Assembly (NCBI GenBank): GCA_009602735.1
Contig: WELA01003638.1
Location: 262,925 to 286,290 of the forward strand
Direction: 5' to 3'
Source: Mesotaenium endlicherianum
Lineage: Eukaryota
Length of the DNA: 23,366 nucleotides
Shown: positions 1 to 23,258 of the stretch, piece after piece
Position numbering within the stretch: position 1 is the stretch's first letter
Layout: each line of letters opens with the position of its first letter
The notes under the pieces: generated by a model
The model's input: the letters and a program-made list of their open reading frames with translations, nothing else
Database searches by the model: none
Told to the model about the DNA's origin: nothing
Program-made: the position numbers and the translations under genes

Positions 1-1597
1 GCCTTTAGAAACGGCCCTGATTGGAGGCAGTAGAGCACCCTTAGCTGGTGCAGTGCGAACAAGACCTATGTTGGAGCCTGAGTATCCCGACAGCTTTTAG
101 CACTTGTAGGTACTGGGGACAGACAAGCAGGTGGGTTCAGGACCAAGAAGAGCTCTGAGCAGGTGAATGAGGGCCACATCAAAGTGGTACCTCTTGCTTT
201 CAGCTTCCTTCTTATAGTGCTCAGATAATATTGGGCTCCGTGATTGGTGAGCTACAGCTTTGGCAGGTCAGAGCTGATACATGCTAGTGTGGAATGTGAA
301 CGGTATTTATTTTCGCGACAGTAGTTCGCTAGCCGGCCATATCCAGCTTGAAACCTCCGCTTAGATGGAATAAGTGTCCTGTCTCAAGGATACTGGTGGA
401 ACAAGCACAATAAGGTGACTCAGGGTCTGAAACTCTTCATAATGGGGAAAAGCAAAATCTGCTCAACAGCTCCAGCAACGGAACTGAGGACTTTGTGTCC
501 TTCCCTCGTTATTCTGATCCAGTCTCCAACTATGAATTAATGAACTCTGAGGGTGTCGTTAGAAATCCTTCTAGGAGAGCCCTCAGCAGTAAGACTCGAG
601 CGAATGTCCTGATTTATTATTAGTACTTCTTCGGGTGACGACTCAAGCATTAGAAGTGACGTGCTTTCTTCCAAGAGCAGGAGGTGTCTTTATCAAAAGT
701 AGACAGGCAGAAGTTTGCAGGCAGTATCTCCCTGCCTGCAGTACACATTTTAGTAGTAAGTTTGTGTGAAGCACTTCGTAGAGAGTGTACATATAGTTGT
801 CCACATTCAAGAAAAGAAGTTAATAGGCTTACATTATTTCAGTGCACTTTTTTGGACTGTGCATTGTAAAGCAAGTCTACATGTTTGAAGTGAGATAATG
901 CAACAATGTGGTCAGTGGCACACGTTGATACTGATTACGAACGGCACTTCAGAAAGTAGGGAGCTCAAGCTTCTATGCACTTGGAGAGTAATCAAATCGA
1001 CTCTGGATCTTTCCAGGATCTGTGCGCAGGCATTACATCCCGCACTAACAAAAAAAAGAAGACTGTATTGCATGGAGTACGCAACTATATGCTTCATACA
1101 GAAGCAACATTGTGATGGCTGTGGACCAACAGTTCATGCACTTAGTATCCAGACAGGTATACTCATGTTGGTAATGAAACCACTCATCATCATCAGGAAA
1201 CTTCGGCACATGTGACTTAATGATTGAGCAAGTAAGCAGCGTTATGGAGGAGGCATCTCTTTTATCAATGTGATGGGAGTCCAAAAATTCGACCGCATGA
1301 ACTTTTTTTCTGTGAGATCAACAAACCTTCCCTTGAAAACGTGCAATGCATCAAAGTGGCATCAGAGCCTTGATGGCTCTCAAAGTGATTTGCAAAAGGT
1401 TACGTGGACTACTAGCAACAAGAAGATGCACTTTCACAAAGGAACAACCTTTTTCTACCAAAACCGTTGCCACACAGCCCCCGCCCCAGACCAGGCAACA
1501 CGTGACTCTGCACACTACATGCTTGAAGTGGCACAGGCCGCAGCTTTATATACAGAAAGAATGGAGCACCTAAAGAAACCAACAAAGAATCCAGCAC

Positions 1598-9206
<7,609 letters not shown>

Positions 9207-10006
9207 GTTGACGCCTTCTAGAAACGACTATCTGGCGATATTCTATACACACTTATAAGCTACTCGAAGAGCTGAGCCAATTTCTAGTGTATTGAGGCCG
9301 AAAAGAAAGTCAAGTTGGTACAGACGCCAATATGTTTGTGCAAGGTGACGACAAGGCAGTCCCTATGCACGTAGAGACCCGAAGTGAGGATTTAAAGGAC
9401 TCCAGAAGTTCTAACAAACCATAACAAAGATCCAACTCTTTCGACGACAGGAACCAACGAAACTTTGCGTTATATGGACATGTTTACTCTTGAAGGTTGA
9501 ATGCTCAAGGTGTGAGCATACCAGAGCACGCGCACCATTTCGCACTATATTTTACCCACAATATAACGAACATTAGATGGTATCTGCTTTTGACGTGAGA
9601 CGGCATGCATCTTTGACGTCAGACGACAGGTAATGGCAGTCGGGATCAACAGGAAAGTGCGCGTCATGATTCATCGTGAAATTTGGGAGCCTGGAGGTAA
9701 TCGAGGACACCGTACTCGTAATGTACGATTGAGGACTGAACGAAGTACCCGGAAAAACCAACAAGACGACTTCCTAACGCGATCGCGTCGATTGAACCGT
9801 CATTGCCAGTCGCTATCCGATGCCAACAAGTTCATGGCTACGTTATCGTACGACTCAGCCGCCTGTAACATATTAATAATTTCCAGTTCCCTATTGTGTC
9901 CAGTGCACATAAGAAACCTGCTGTAAGACATTAGCACCTCAAAGTGGTTTTATATTAGCCTTGAAGCTGCAACGAATTAGGCTTAAACTTCGACTATAGT
10001 GGTCAG
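9207..10006. promoter_or_regulatory. Divergent promoter/5'UTR region shared by SRP54 and eIF4E, with two TGACGT (bZIP ACGT/CRE-type) motifs
   Basis: 800 bp between the two ATGs. TGACGTG at 9591-9597 and palindromic TGACGTCA at 9614-9621 lie near the midpoint. Confidence 0.6.
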
Positions 10007-12256
10007 ATGGCTGAAGCGGATAAGCCAACAGTCTCGGGCAATGCCGAACCGGCAGTGGAGCAGCCAGGAACAGAGAAGGAAGAGGGGGAAGTATCACCAT
10101 CAAAAGAAGTATCGGAATCCCCTCAAAAACACCCGTTAGAACATAGCTGGACCTTGTGGTTCGATAACCCTCAAGCAAGGCCAAAGGGATCAGAGTGGGG
10201 TTCTTCCATGCGTCCGGTATACACATTCAGCACCGTTGAGGACTTTTGGTGGTAAGTAACAAGTGTGGAATAAGTGGCCTACCTTAGCAGTAGTAAGCCC
10301 GCTTCTACATCGTACAATTGAGAGGAAACCTTGCTATATTTGTTGATGGCTTGACCTTCTGCTGGACCGCGTATAGTAGCTGTTTGAGGGCTAAATCATT
10401 TTCGAGGGTGCCTGAACGGCATGACGAATGAAACAGCTCCAGGAACCGAATATTGTGTAGATGGTGCCCTTTTAGCTGGCTAAAGCACTCCGCGGATGCA
10501 AGAGTATTTAAGTTGTGATGGTAGGGGTTCTCTGCTGCATGAGGCTTACAAGGTCCCTACAGTCAAGAGGATAGAGTACTTCTTTTTCAGACATACTTTG
10601 ATGCATCGGTAAGGTTGATCACCCATTTGGTTTGAGGCATGTGAGGCCCCTATCTTTTACAGGCCCACAAGTCATGTTATGTTCTATGTGTACGAAGTGT
10701 GTGGTTCTTTTGGGTGTTGCAAGTCAATAGAAGATGAGAGTGCTTGGGTAAACCTGAAGAAATATGCAAAGCGTGCATAGCGTATAGTCAACCTACAAGG
10801 ACCTGGGTTGTCTTGACCGTGTGCGCTGCTTGGTTGTACTTAGTGACATGGTCTGACAGGCCCGTGTTAGCGTGATTGACTCCTTGTTCTTACAGCCTCT
10901 ACAACAATGTGTTGACCCCTAGCAAGATCCCACTGAAAGCAGACATGCACATGTTTAAGACTGGGATTGAACCCAAGTGGGAAGATCCAAAGTGCGTTAA
11001 CGGAGGAGCTTGGACTGCCTATGCCAAAGACAAACAAAAGTTTGATGATTACTGGTTGAACACGGTAAGCATGTCAACAAGCTGTATAAGTAGCAATGTG
11101 TACGTTTAGGTTCAGAATTTGGCTTTGCATAGATAGGACTCTGTCCTTTCATAGTGTTGCTGCTTCCTGAGAATTGGCTCTCTCGAGCGACTGGGAAGAA
11201 AAGCAAAGTATTGACGTGGTTGTCCATTTCAAACGAGTGCAACAGTACCGAGCTTCCTCAGAAAAGGCGCTCTTCCCTCATAATTGTTATGCTGCTTGGT
11301 ATTTTGCAGTTGCTAGCAATGATTGGGGAGCAGTTTGAGGATGGTGAGGATGTGTGCGGAGCTGTTGCCAACAAGAGGGCAGGCAAAGACAGAGTAGCTG
11401 TGTGGACTAAGACCGCCCACAGTGAGACAATTCAAGTGAGCATTCTGGGTTTAGCTCGTGATTTAAACCTCTGCGTGTTTGTGACAGTGCCGCTTTTTGA
11501 ATATCGCTTATGTGATTCTGAGTTGCTTGTTGGTACTGACCTTTTCCCTTCAGGCTCCAAGCACGTCATGCCACATTACCAGCATGGAATCACTCTTGGC
11601 CCTATCCTGATGCTGCTTTTGATTTACAGCAATTCAAGGTCATTTGCGCGGTGGAGTGACGAAGTAGTCCTCAGCCCAACTCAAGGTTGCGTGCTTTGCG
11701 AGCTAGGTTATGCAGACAGACGGCACGCGCCTACTTTTTGATCCGTTTTCTTTTTATGTGCAGACAAGAATCGCTAAGCAGTGGAAGGAAATGCTGGATA
11801 TCAGTAGCAACATCACCATTGGTTTCCAGTCCTTTGTATGTTCCTCTGCACTTGATGATTTGAGCTTGTGATTGTGCTGTTAACTGATTGGCCTGGGAGT
11901 TGCTCCTGCAGTTTCCACTTCAGCCCGTCAGACTTTCCTTGCATTTGCCTGCAACTACTCCGATTCCTACGTCTTCAAGAATATGTGTTTGCTGCACTTT
12001 TGGGTTCTGTGATGCTTTTAATAACCTTGTTATTCTGGGAAAAACGTTTTTAGCTATATTACTGTTGTCCCTTTCTGTTGTTAGACAGCTGGTACCCTAC
12101 ATGTCTGTGTCATGCATTGTGGCTATTAGTGGTAAGGCAGCAAATCTAAGAACGTATCCAAGATCCTGGAACTCACGTGCTGTTTGTTTTACTTGTATCA
12201 TTCAGGCTGACGCCAAGAAGGGTAAAGGTGGAAGCAGGGATCTATACTCAGTCTGA
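10007..12256 (+). CDS. eIF4E: Eukaryotic translation initiation factor 4E (class I cap-binding protein), 220 aa, 5 exons
   Basis: Exons 10007-10251, 10896-11064, 11310-11435, 11764-11835 and 12206-12256 (GT-AG, 663 nt in frame). Motifs [60 protein letters not shown] and IAKQWKEML. All eight conserved Trp and both plant-type Cys (PKCVNGG, DVCGAV) are present. Confidence 0.96.
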
Positions 12257-12720
12257 GGAGGATTCTATGCTGGCACAATGAAGCAGGCAATAACATGTTG
12301 CTTCGCAAGCTAGACGGGCCTTCTCTATGGCATGTAGCTCTTCTTCTTAAGCTTGAACTGGGTGGAGTTGAGGTACTCGTAATGTTTCAGATTCGTCTGT
12401 TAGTAGCGCAGCTATGTTTTGGTCAGGCGCTTCCACGGGGCTAGGACTGCTGTTGGGGCGTGTTTGGCTGCTCCACAGGCGCATGTGAGTACAAGAAATG
12501 CGTAATAGTTTCTGCTCTCCTGTGAACGTTGTGGAGTAGCCATTATTTCTTCCAGACCTTCATGTGCTTCGGCTTGCCAACAACCTCTTATTTGTGCATT
12601 CAGTGTGGACTGCATAGTGTTACGAATCATTTGCAGCTGCTTGTGTTGCAACTTGGGCTCCAACGTGTTTGGTCAATTGGTAATTACTATCTCTGGACCA
12701 AATGTAATCTCAATGTGAAC

Positions 12721-13446
12721 TCAATTGATTATAGATTTTGGCTCGCGAGCACTCACCAGATTGAGGCACGAGAGTACAAAGGTACTAAGCTGCTCAGATG
12801 TTGAAACTGGCACCCAGAGGTATCTGCGAAAGACACATGCCTCTATGATACCTATTAAGGAGCCAGCAAAAACATCCAAAATATAGTGCCTACCCAAGAA
12901 GACCCGGGAGATCGCTGTTGCTACTGCCCATAGACAAATTACTGCAAGTAGTGCCTTCTTGCTAATAAATGATATTGACATATCTTGATAAGGAAGAGTG
13001 AGGACAAAAAAAGTGGCCACCAAAATAGCTCTTGAAGCATGGCCGCTCGGAAACGACCAGTGGTCGACAGAAACTATAACTGTCATACCTTTATTGTACA
13101 CTGGTCTTGCACGCTGCACAGATGCTTTCAATAGTCCAACAACAAGGATGTCGAGGACAAGAGAGAGAAGGAAATTACAGAACAGATTGCGTAACTCTGC
13201 CTTCAAAGGGGACGGGAAAAGCCATAGGGCAAGTGTGACAGCGAGCCATATTACGCCATTTCCAGAATATTCCAGCAGCTTCAGAATACTATTTCTTCTC
13301 CCACGTTGGAACAAGTATGCAGATGCTTGCTGGTCATATTCAATGAGTCGCTTTGAAAAATATGGCACTTCCTCGAGAGAAACAACACCAACAGGAGGCC
13401 CATTAGGCTCAGCCCTAACCTCTGTGACCCCATTTCGTCTCCTCAT
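12721..13446 (-). CDS. PAP2-family integral membrane lipid phosphate phosphatase, PLPP6 (presqualene/polyisoprenoid diphosphate phosphatase)/plant LPP-beta-like, 241 aa from first ATG, intronless
   Basis: Catalytic motifs C1 KASVQRARP (KxxxxxxRP), C2 SFPSGH and C3 SRVFLGRHYILD, with hydrophobic segments between them. LLEYSGNGVIWL and SVDHWSFPSGHASRA resemble, from recall, the PLPP6/PPAPDC2 subfamily. The start codon is uncertain because the frame is open upstream to 13689. Confidence 0.9.
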   Translation of the reverse strand: MRRRNGVTEVRAEPNGPPVGVVSLEEVPYFSKRLIEYDQQASAYLFQRGRRNSILKLLEYSGNGVIWLAVTLALWLFPSPLKAELRNLFCNFLLSLVLDILVVGLLKASVQRARPVYNKGMTVIVSVDHWSFPSGHASRAILVATFFVLTLPYQDMSISFISKKALLAVICLWAVATAISRVFLGRHYILDVFAGSLIGIIEACVFRRYLWVPVSTSEQLSTFVLSCLNLVSAREPKSIIN

Positions 13447-14474
13447 ACCTGATGCTTGGTTATACAGTTGACAAGACAAGAGAATGTGGTGATAGAGATT
13501 GATGTGGAACCTATATAATTGCACTGGGCGTGTCCTGAGCAGTGTAAGCTTGATTGCAGTTAGCGTCCTTCGTAAGCCAGGAATGTTAGGGAGACTCAAA
13601 AATTGCGTCCGTGCATAAGAAGTGTAAAAATATATTACTAGCACTCTGAAGTATTTGAAAGGTACAACAGATACGGGAAGCTGACAGCACTAAGCAAGCA
13701 TTCTACACACATACTCCAACTACACGATATTCGATCGCCATTCCCTTGTTGGACTGCGGAACTCAAGGACAATGGCCGTCTCGCATGTAAAAAGCTTACT
13801 TGCGCCACTGGGATGATCAGGTTATTTGTACAAACTCTCTTCAGTGACATTCCAATATACTGACAAGTACCGTCACCCTGGGTGAGTTTACACTAAGTTG
13901 GAAAGCCGGATTCAACATTTTTCTTATTAATAAAAAATACTCATTATGGCCCTGCTGTCGCAACAGGAGCTGTCACAATCGCAGTAAAACAGAGGACACA
14001 CATCCTTTTAACGCGAGCGTCAGTAAAATGCTGTAAAATGCTGTAAAATGCTGTAAAAGAATACGGGACCAATTGCTATCTGATCTTCCAGATGACGTAG
14101 TTTCGATTGGTCAATTTCTATCGGCTGCTGCAGGTCCGACTGCGCATGCCCCCGCGCGATACAACATTATGATTCCAAGGGATCATAAGTAGCAAACATA
14201 ACAGGCTGCGACTTGGATGTAGAAGTGTCTGTACCCAGACGTTCATAAGTTCCATTTGCGTTTTACCTGCGCGAAGGATTTACCGTATTAGGTACTAACG
14301 TTCTGCCAGTAGGTGCTCGTGGAAGTGGGCGATTGTTCTCGAATACGTCCTGGAAGTGGTCCTGCAAAATTTTCGCGGTAAACAGATTGCGTGCGGTAGA
14401 GAGTCACCCTGAGGGCATATTTGTATAGAAGGTGGCAGCTTCTTTGGGAGGCTACTGTTAAAAATCCCGACGAT
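13447..14474. promoter_or_regulatory. Divergent promoter/5'UTR region between the PAP2 phosphatase and GGPPS
   Basis: 1028 bp between ATGs. Contains a 10-bp tandem repeat (14021-14058), CCAAT (about 14069), TGACGT (14093-14098), ATTGG (14106-14110), two TGGAAGTGG copies (14320-14328, 14351-14359) and E2F-like TTTCGCGG (14371-14378). Confidence 0.55.
14021..14058. repeat. Tandem repeat (CTGTAAAATG) x about 3.8
   Basis: cagtaaaatg ctgtaaaatg ctgtaaaatg ctgtaaaa; a related gcagtaaaac copy lies at 13981-13990. Confidence 0.9.
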
Positions 14475-18655
<4,181 letters not shown>

Positions 18656-21600
18656 GATAGCAAATGCAAACTCCGCTGGTCGCTAGTTTTCACGGCTGCC
18701 ATTGGCAATAGGTATAAGGTCCTGGACGTGATTTGACGCTTTGGTCTCGGTGGGACGAAGCGTTGAAAAGGAATGGGACATGGGGGCTGAGCATCGTCGT
18801 ACTTAATTATGTAGTGCTCGACGTATATTGCTGATCTCACTTGCTTTTCCTAGTGTCCTTCATAAGGCACACTAATATATGAATGTACACCTGAGCCCTG
18901 GCAACCTCATTGCAGGTGGTTCTTTTGCGACTTGACAAGTGCTCCATGCTATTTACTACATCATATCAAGCTTATCTCTTTTGGTCTAGTGATGCTTGCA
19001 TCATACAACGCATCCCTGTTTGCTTCCATTGATGTGCTTCAAGCTCAAACTTTCCTAACAATGTATATCTGGTTAGGTTTAAGCCGAACAGTATATATGG
19101 ACACATTTCGGAAGGCCTTGGGCGCAACAGAGATGATACTTTGATGGCAGTTATTCAACCAGAAGAATCCATGGAGGAGAAACACAAAAGTACCAGCACT
19201 GCCTCCGAGGCCAAGAGTGGGTGAAAAGATGAATATAGGTCCAACCAACACACGCGAGGTACCCTGAGAGTTTGCAGTAAGACAATAAATATGATTTACG
19301 CGAAATTGGTATGTGTTGCAAAATTGGAATGAACTTCAACGTGACTATTTGACAATTTGTGTTCAAATTGCCTGATTTCGAAAGAAAGAAGGTGATATTA
19401 GGAAGAATAGTAGGAGTAGTAGTATGCAACAAATTGCGCGTCATCTGTTCTTGTCTAGTCCTTTTCTACATGCTGCTACGCTTATCTGTACTTGACTAAT
19501 CGATAACAACACAAAGAGGTCAAAACAACTATATTCCAACTCCTAACCAACACTATGGATTGGCAGCTGCATTCTTGCTCTGTTGAGGTTGTTCGTCGAA
19601 TCGCCGCCGTTGGTTACTACTAGTCGACAAAAACATATTGTAACACTAACAAACAACAAACACCCTATCGTGCATGGCGAAGACTATTGCTGGCACCAAC
19701 TTCGTTGCCCGCCTCGTGCCTCTCCCAGTGGATTGGAGGGTTAGAGGGGTGGGTGAATGGGTATGTGTAGCAACTACCTTCCTGCTGCAATGAGGCTTCT
19801 TTGCAACGAGAAGCCTTATGAGGGTTTCGTTTGTCGATGAGACACAACACGTGTGAAATCGATCAAATTTAAACACTTTGTCAAACTTTGGTTTGCGACA
19901 TTTCATATCGCAAACCTTCAATTTTAAGTGCATTATTGACTCATCTATATGAGCTCAAACAAAGATGAAGGAGCCAACAAAGACTCGCTACAGGAAAATA
20001 GCTCCCGTGATAAGTTCTTGAGTTGAAATTCTTGAAGCTGTACAAGCATATGTGAGTGACATGTTTACACCACTTTGATTGTGAGTGTGCAAATATATTC
20101 TCCTTGATGCATTTTCTTACTTGAAACAAGGGGGAAAAATAAGCTTTTAGATAACGTGCAGCCGTCAAACTCAAAATGTGGTCAAGCCTCCATGCATCAC
20201 TTTCTTGTGTTTCTTGTGAGAAGAAACTTATAAAATTGCCAATATCTTAGTTGGCAAATTGTATATATATAATACATTGGAAATTGTTGTATGGATCTCC
20301 GTTCAGATTATGGACATGAATTTGTGCACTATCAAGCATAGGCAACTATTCCTCAAGTTATAGCAGTCACACTCCCGAACCATATGTGCAACAATCACCT
20401 TTGGACAAAGATACGCAAAAGCACTTCAACACCGAACTTCAAAGCCCTAGCAGCATAGGTGTATCATACACATCTACAAGTTGATTATTTGGCCAATTGG
20501 TGTCTATTTCTCTTATCAATCATGCATGTGATATTGTTGGAACTAGTAGCACATACTTTCTACTCTTACAATGGGCCTTGCTTAAGATGGACACATTCTC
20601 AGCCATTTACAACACCAAAAGTGAGAACTACACATATGAGAATCTTGAGAATGTGTACCTTTGTTCCCAGTATCTTGTAGTAAGAAGATATACCTCTGTG
20701 TCTTACAACTACCATGACAATATTTTTGGATATGAATGATCAGATATTCTACATGTTTCTCTGAACTCAATATATTACACATTTTTCACGCTTCAAAGGC
20801 ATGTGACTTGCAAGAATTAGTCTCATGCATGTCCTGGTTGAAAATGGAGTCAACTTATGCATCTAAAAACTTGTCAAATAAATTTGCCTTTCGTCGTCAA
20901 ACATTATTGACTATTATTGAGCTAATTTTCATGTCTTAAATCTACCGTGAGTAATCTTTTCCATTAGATGACCAAGATTCAATACCATAAGACTCACAAA
21001 CGGTAAGAGAAGAGCCTAGACGTTGTTGCTCATAACTTGTACACTCATGCATTCGAGATATTGTTTGATATGTATATTGCTTTGTCTTCACAATTGAATT
21101 CGAATGCTTGTCATTGTCAATAATATTCGTCATCTTTTTACAGTCACCTTTTTATGTTGATGTGTGTAATCACAAAAGTTGTACATTTTGTCATATGAGA
21201 TTGTGCCCACGTACAAACGCACCTTCGTAGTCTTTGATAACAAATTTCAGATGAATATGACTCTTCAGTGAATTTAAGATGGCGGGCAGTGAGCCATAGC
21301 GCTTTAAAGAGGTACGTATCCTCGCAATGTAAGTCCTAAGAGTTTCCTTGCATGTAGTGAAGCAAATGACACCATTCGGAACAATTCGGGAGATTGAATG
21401 AAGACACCACATACATGACAGCGGTTGTCACAGCCTTGTCGCTATCTCGCATATATGTCGCACACCAAATACCGCAGGGGTTTATAGGTCATTTCAACAA
21501 AGTAATGTATATCTTAAACCTTCGCGAAGGCCGCTCCATAAGGATCCAGCGGCCATGGGAGCCAATTTGCAAGGTTCCGGGTATTGCCACTCGACGTGTA

Positions 21601-21735
21601 TCCAATTCGAGTTTGATCACACTAAGAAAGCACAGGAAGGAAATTGTCTTTCGATCCTGAAAAACTTCACTTCTGTCCAGGCTTTGGATTTAGTCTCAAC
21701 TGACTCAGAAGCTGCTAGAGCTTTTACATTTTAGA

Positions 21736-23258
21736 ATGTCTTACAACAATGGAGAGTACGGTGAGGAATATGACGATAGGTATGAGCAACAGGAGGCTGG
21801 CCATGATACGCCAGCATACATACCTGAGGTGGTCGTGACCTTTGTGCAGTACTTCTACCGTCATATAAGAGAAAAAAATGTGGCTGAAATCTACCAGATG
21901 TACGATGGAAGTTTCAGCAAGATCAGTGATAGATTTTTCAATAAGACTCCCTGGCCTCCAGTTGAGGCTATTGCCGACCATGTTGAGCGGGATCATGTGT
22001 TCGGTCTCCTCTATAACGAGATGACTTTTAGGCACTTATATGCAAGATGCGCCCCTACACTGCAGCAAAGATTTGAATCATGGGAGAACTACTGCTCCCT
22101 TTTCCAGGTCATCTTACATGGCAACGTCAATATGCAGCTTCCGAACCAGTGGCTTTGGGACATGATAGACGAGTTCATATACCAGTTCCAGTCCTTCTGT
22201 CAGTATAGGGCAAAAACTAAGGCGAGAAGTGGGGAGGAGCTTGCCCTTTTGAGGCAGTACGATCAGGTCAGCCTTCTTCAGATTATGTCCCATGTACCGA
22301 GGAACTATGAACAATGCTACTCAATACCATGTGCGCCTGAATCCTGGACTTGGTTTGCTTGATGCATGTAGTGTTATTATGGGCTGAGGCGATGAATATG
22401 AGCTTGTCTATACTGTATGCCGGGCTAACTCCCTTACCATTTCTATTGGTGCAAGCTAAGTGGGCACGACTAGGTCCACATCCATTTGTCAATTTCATGT
22501 CTTGCTTAAAATTCTCATTTATAAATTGGGGCCTTGTGCTAGATGCCAGGTATCTGAGGCTGTAGTCAGAGTTTTTCCATTGACGCAGTGACATCTGAAT
22601 TACAGGCTGGCTTAGTCAGAGGCTATGAAGCCCTGTTGAGGTCTGGGTGATTTTGAGTTTCGAAGGTCAGACAGGCGCTCTGTAGCTTCTGGACACTTTT
22701 CGACTGCATCCTTGCACATGGACAAGCCAGAAGGTTCATCTTGTCATAGTTAATCGTGTTCCGTCGTAGACCTCCCGTTGAAGCCTTAGTCCCGCCCAGT
22801 GGAGGTTATGCTGCAGCTTCGGCTCTGTGTTGGTGTGGACCTCCTAATGATCAAATAGTGTATAAGTTCTTTCATAACAGCCCCCCCTCCACTTCCCACT
22901 TCTCTCTCTCCTCTTGTGTGCCCCAGGTGTGGAACGTGTACGGCGTGCTGAACTACCTGCAAGCGCTGATAGAGAAGTCGCAGATAGTGCGCATTCTGGA
23001 CGACGAACTGGACGGCAAGGCCACCTTCACAGAGACAGAGGGCTACGACTATCAGGGGGGCAGCAACGTGCTCAAGGTGCTGGGCTATTTCAGCATCGTG
23101 GGCCTGCTGCGGGTGCACTGCCTGCTGGGCGACTACCACACGGCCCTGCAGAAGCTGGCGCCCATCGAGATCCGGCGCCCTGGCGTGTTCCAGCGTGTGC
23201 TGGGCTGCCAAGTCACCACCTACTACTACTATGGTTTTGCCACCATGATGCTCCGCAG
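21736..23258 (+). CDS. eIF3L: Eukaryotic translation initiation factor 3 subunit L, 5' part (gene continues beyond the window)
   Basis: Exons 21736-22266 and 22927-23258 (GT-AG). Motifs FFNKTPWP, LYNEMTFRHLYAR, RFESWENYC, LPNQWLWDMIDEFIYQFQSFCQYR, VWNVYGVLNYL, LGYFSIVGLLRVHCLLGDY and YYYGFATMMLRR. Confidence 0.95.

Noticed and set aside
1..1597. Short ORFs (61-127 aa) on both strands downstream of SRP54
   Set aside because: No recognisable motifs, frequent stops in the frames I checked and no consistent exon chain. Likely 3'UTR or intergenic.
14021..14058. Direct repeats as a CRISPR-like array
   Set aside because: Contiguous 10-bp units without spacers, in eukaryotic DNA with no cas genes.
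14421..14474. Upstream TTG start for GGPPS given by the ORF track
   Set aside because: The ATG at 14475 (gatATGGCA) has a good plant context and starts a typical MAA transit peptide.
19890..19916. Hairpin as a Helitron 3' end or terminator
   Set aside because: No CTRR terminus at the expected distance on either strand; prokaryotic terminators do not apply here.
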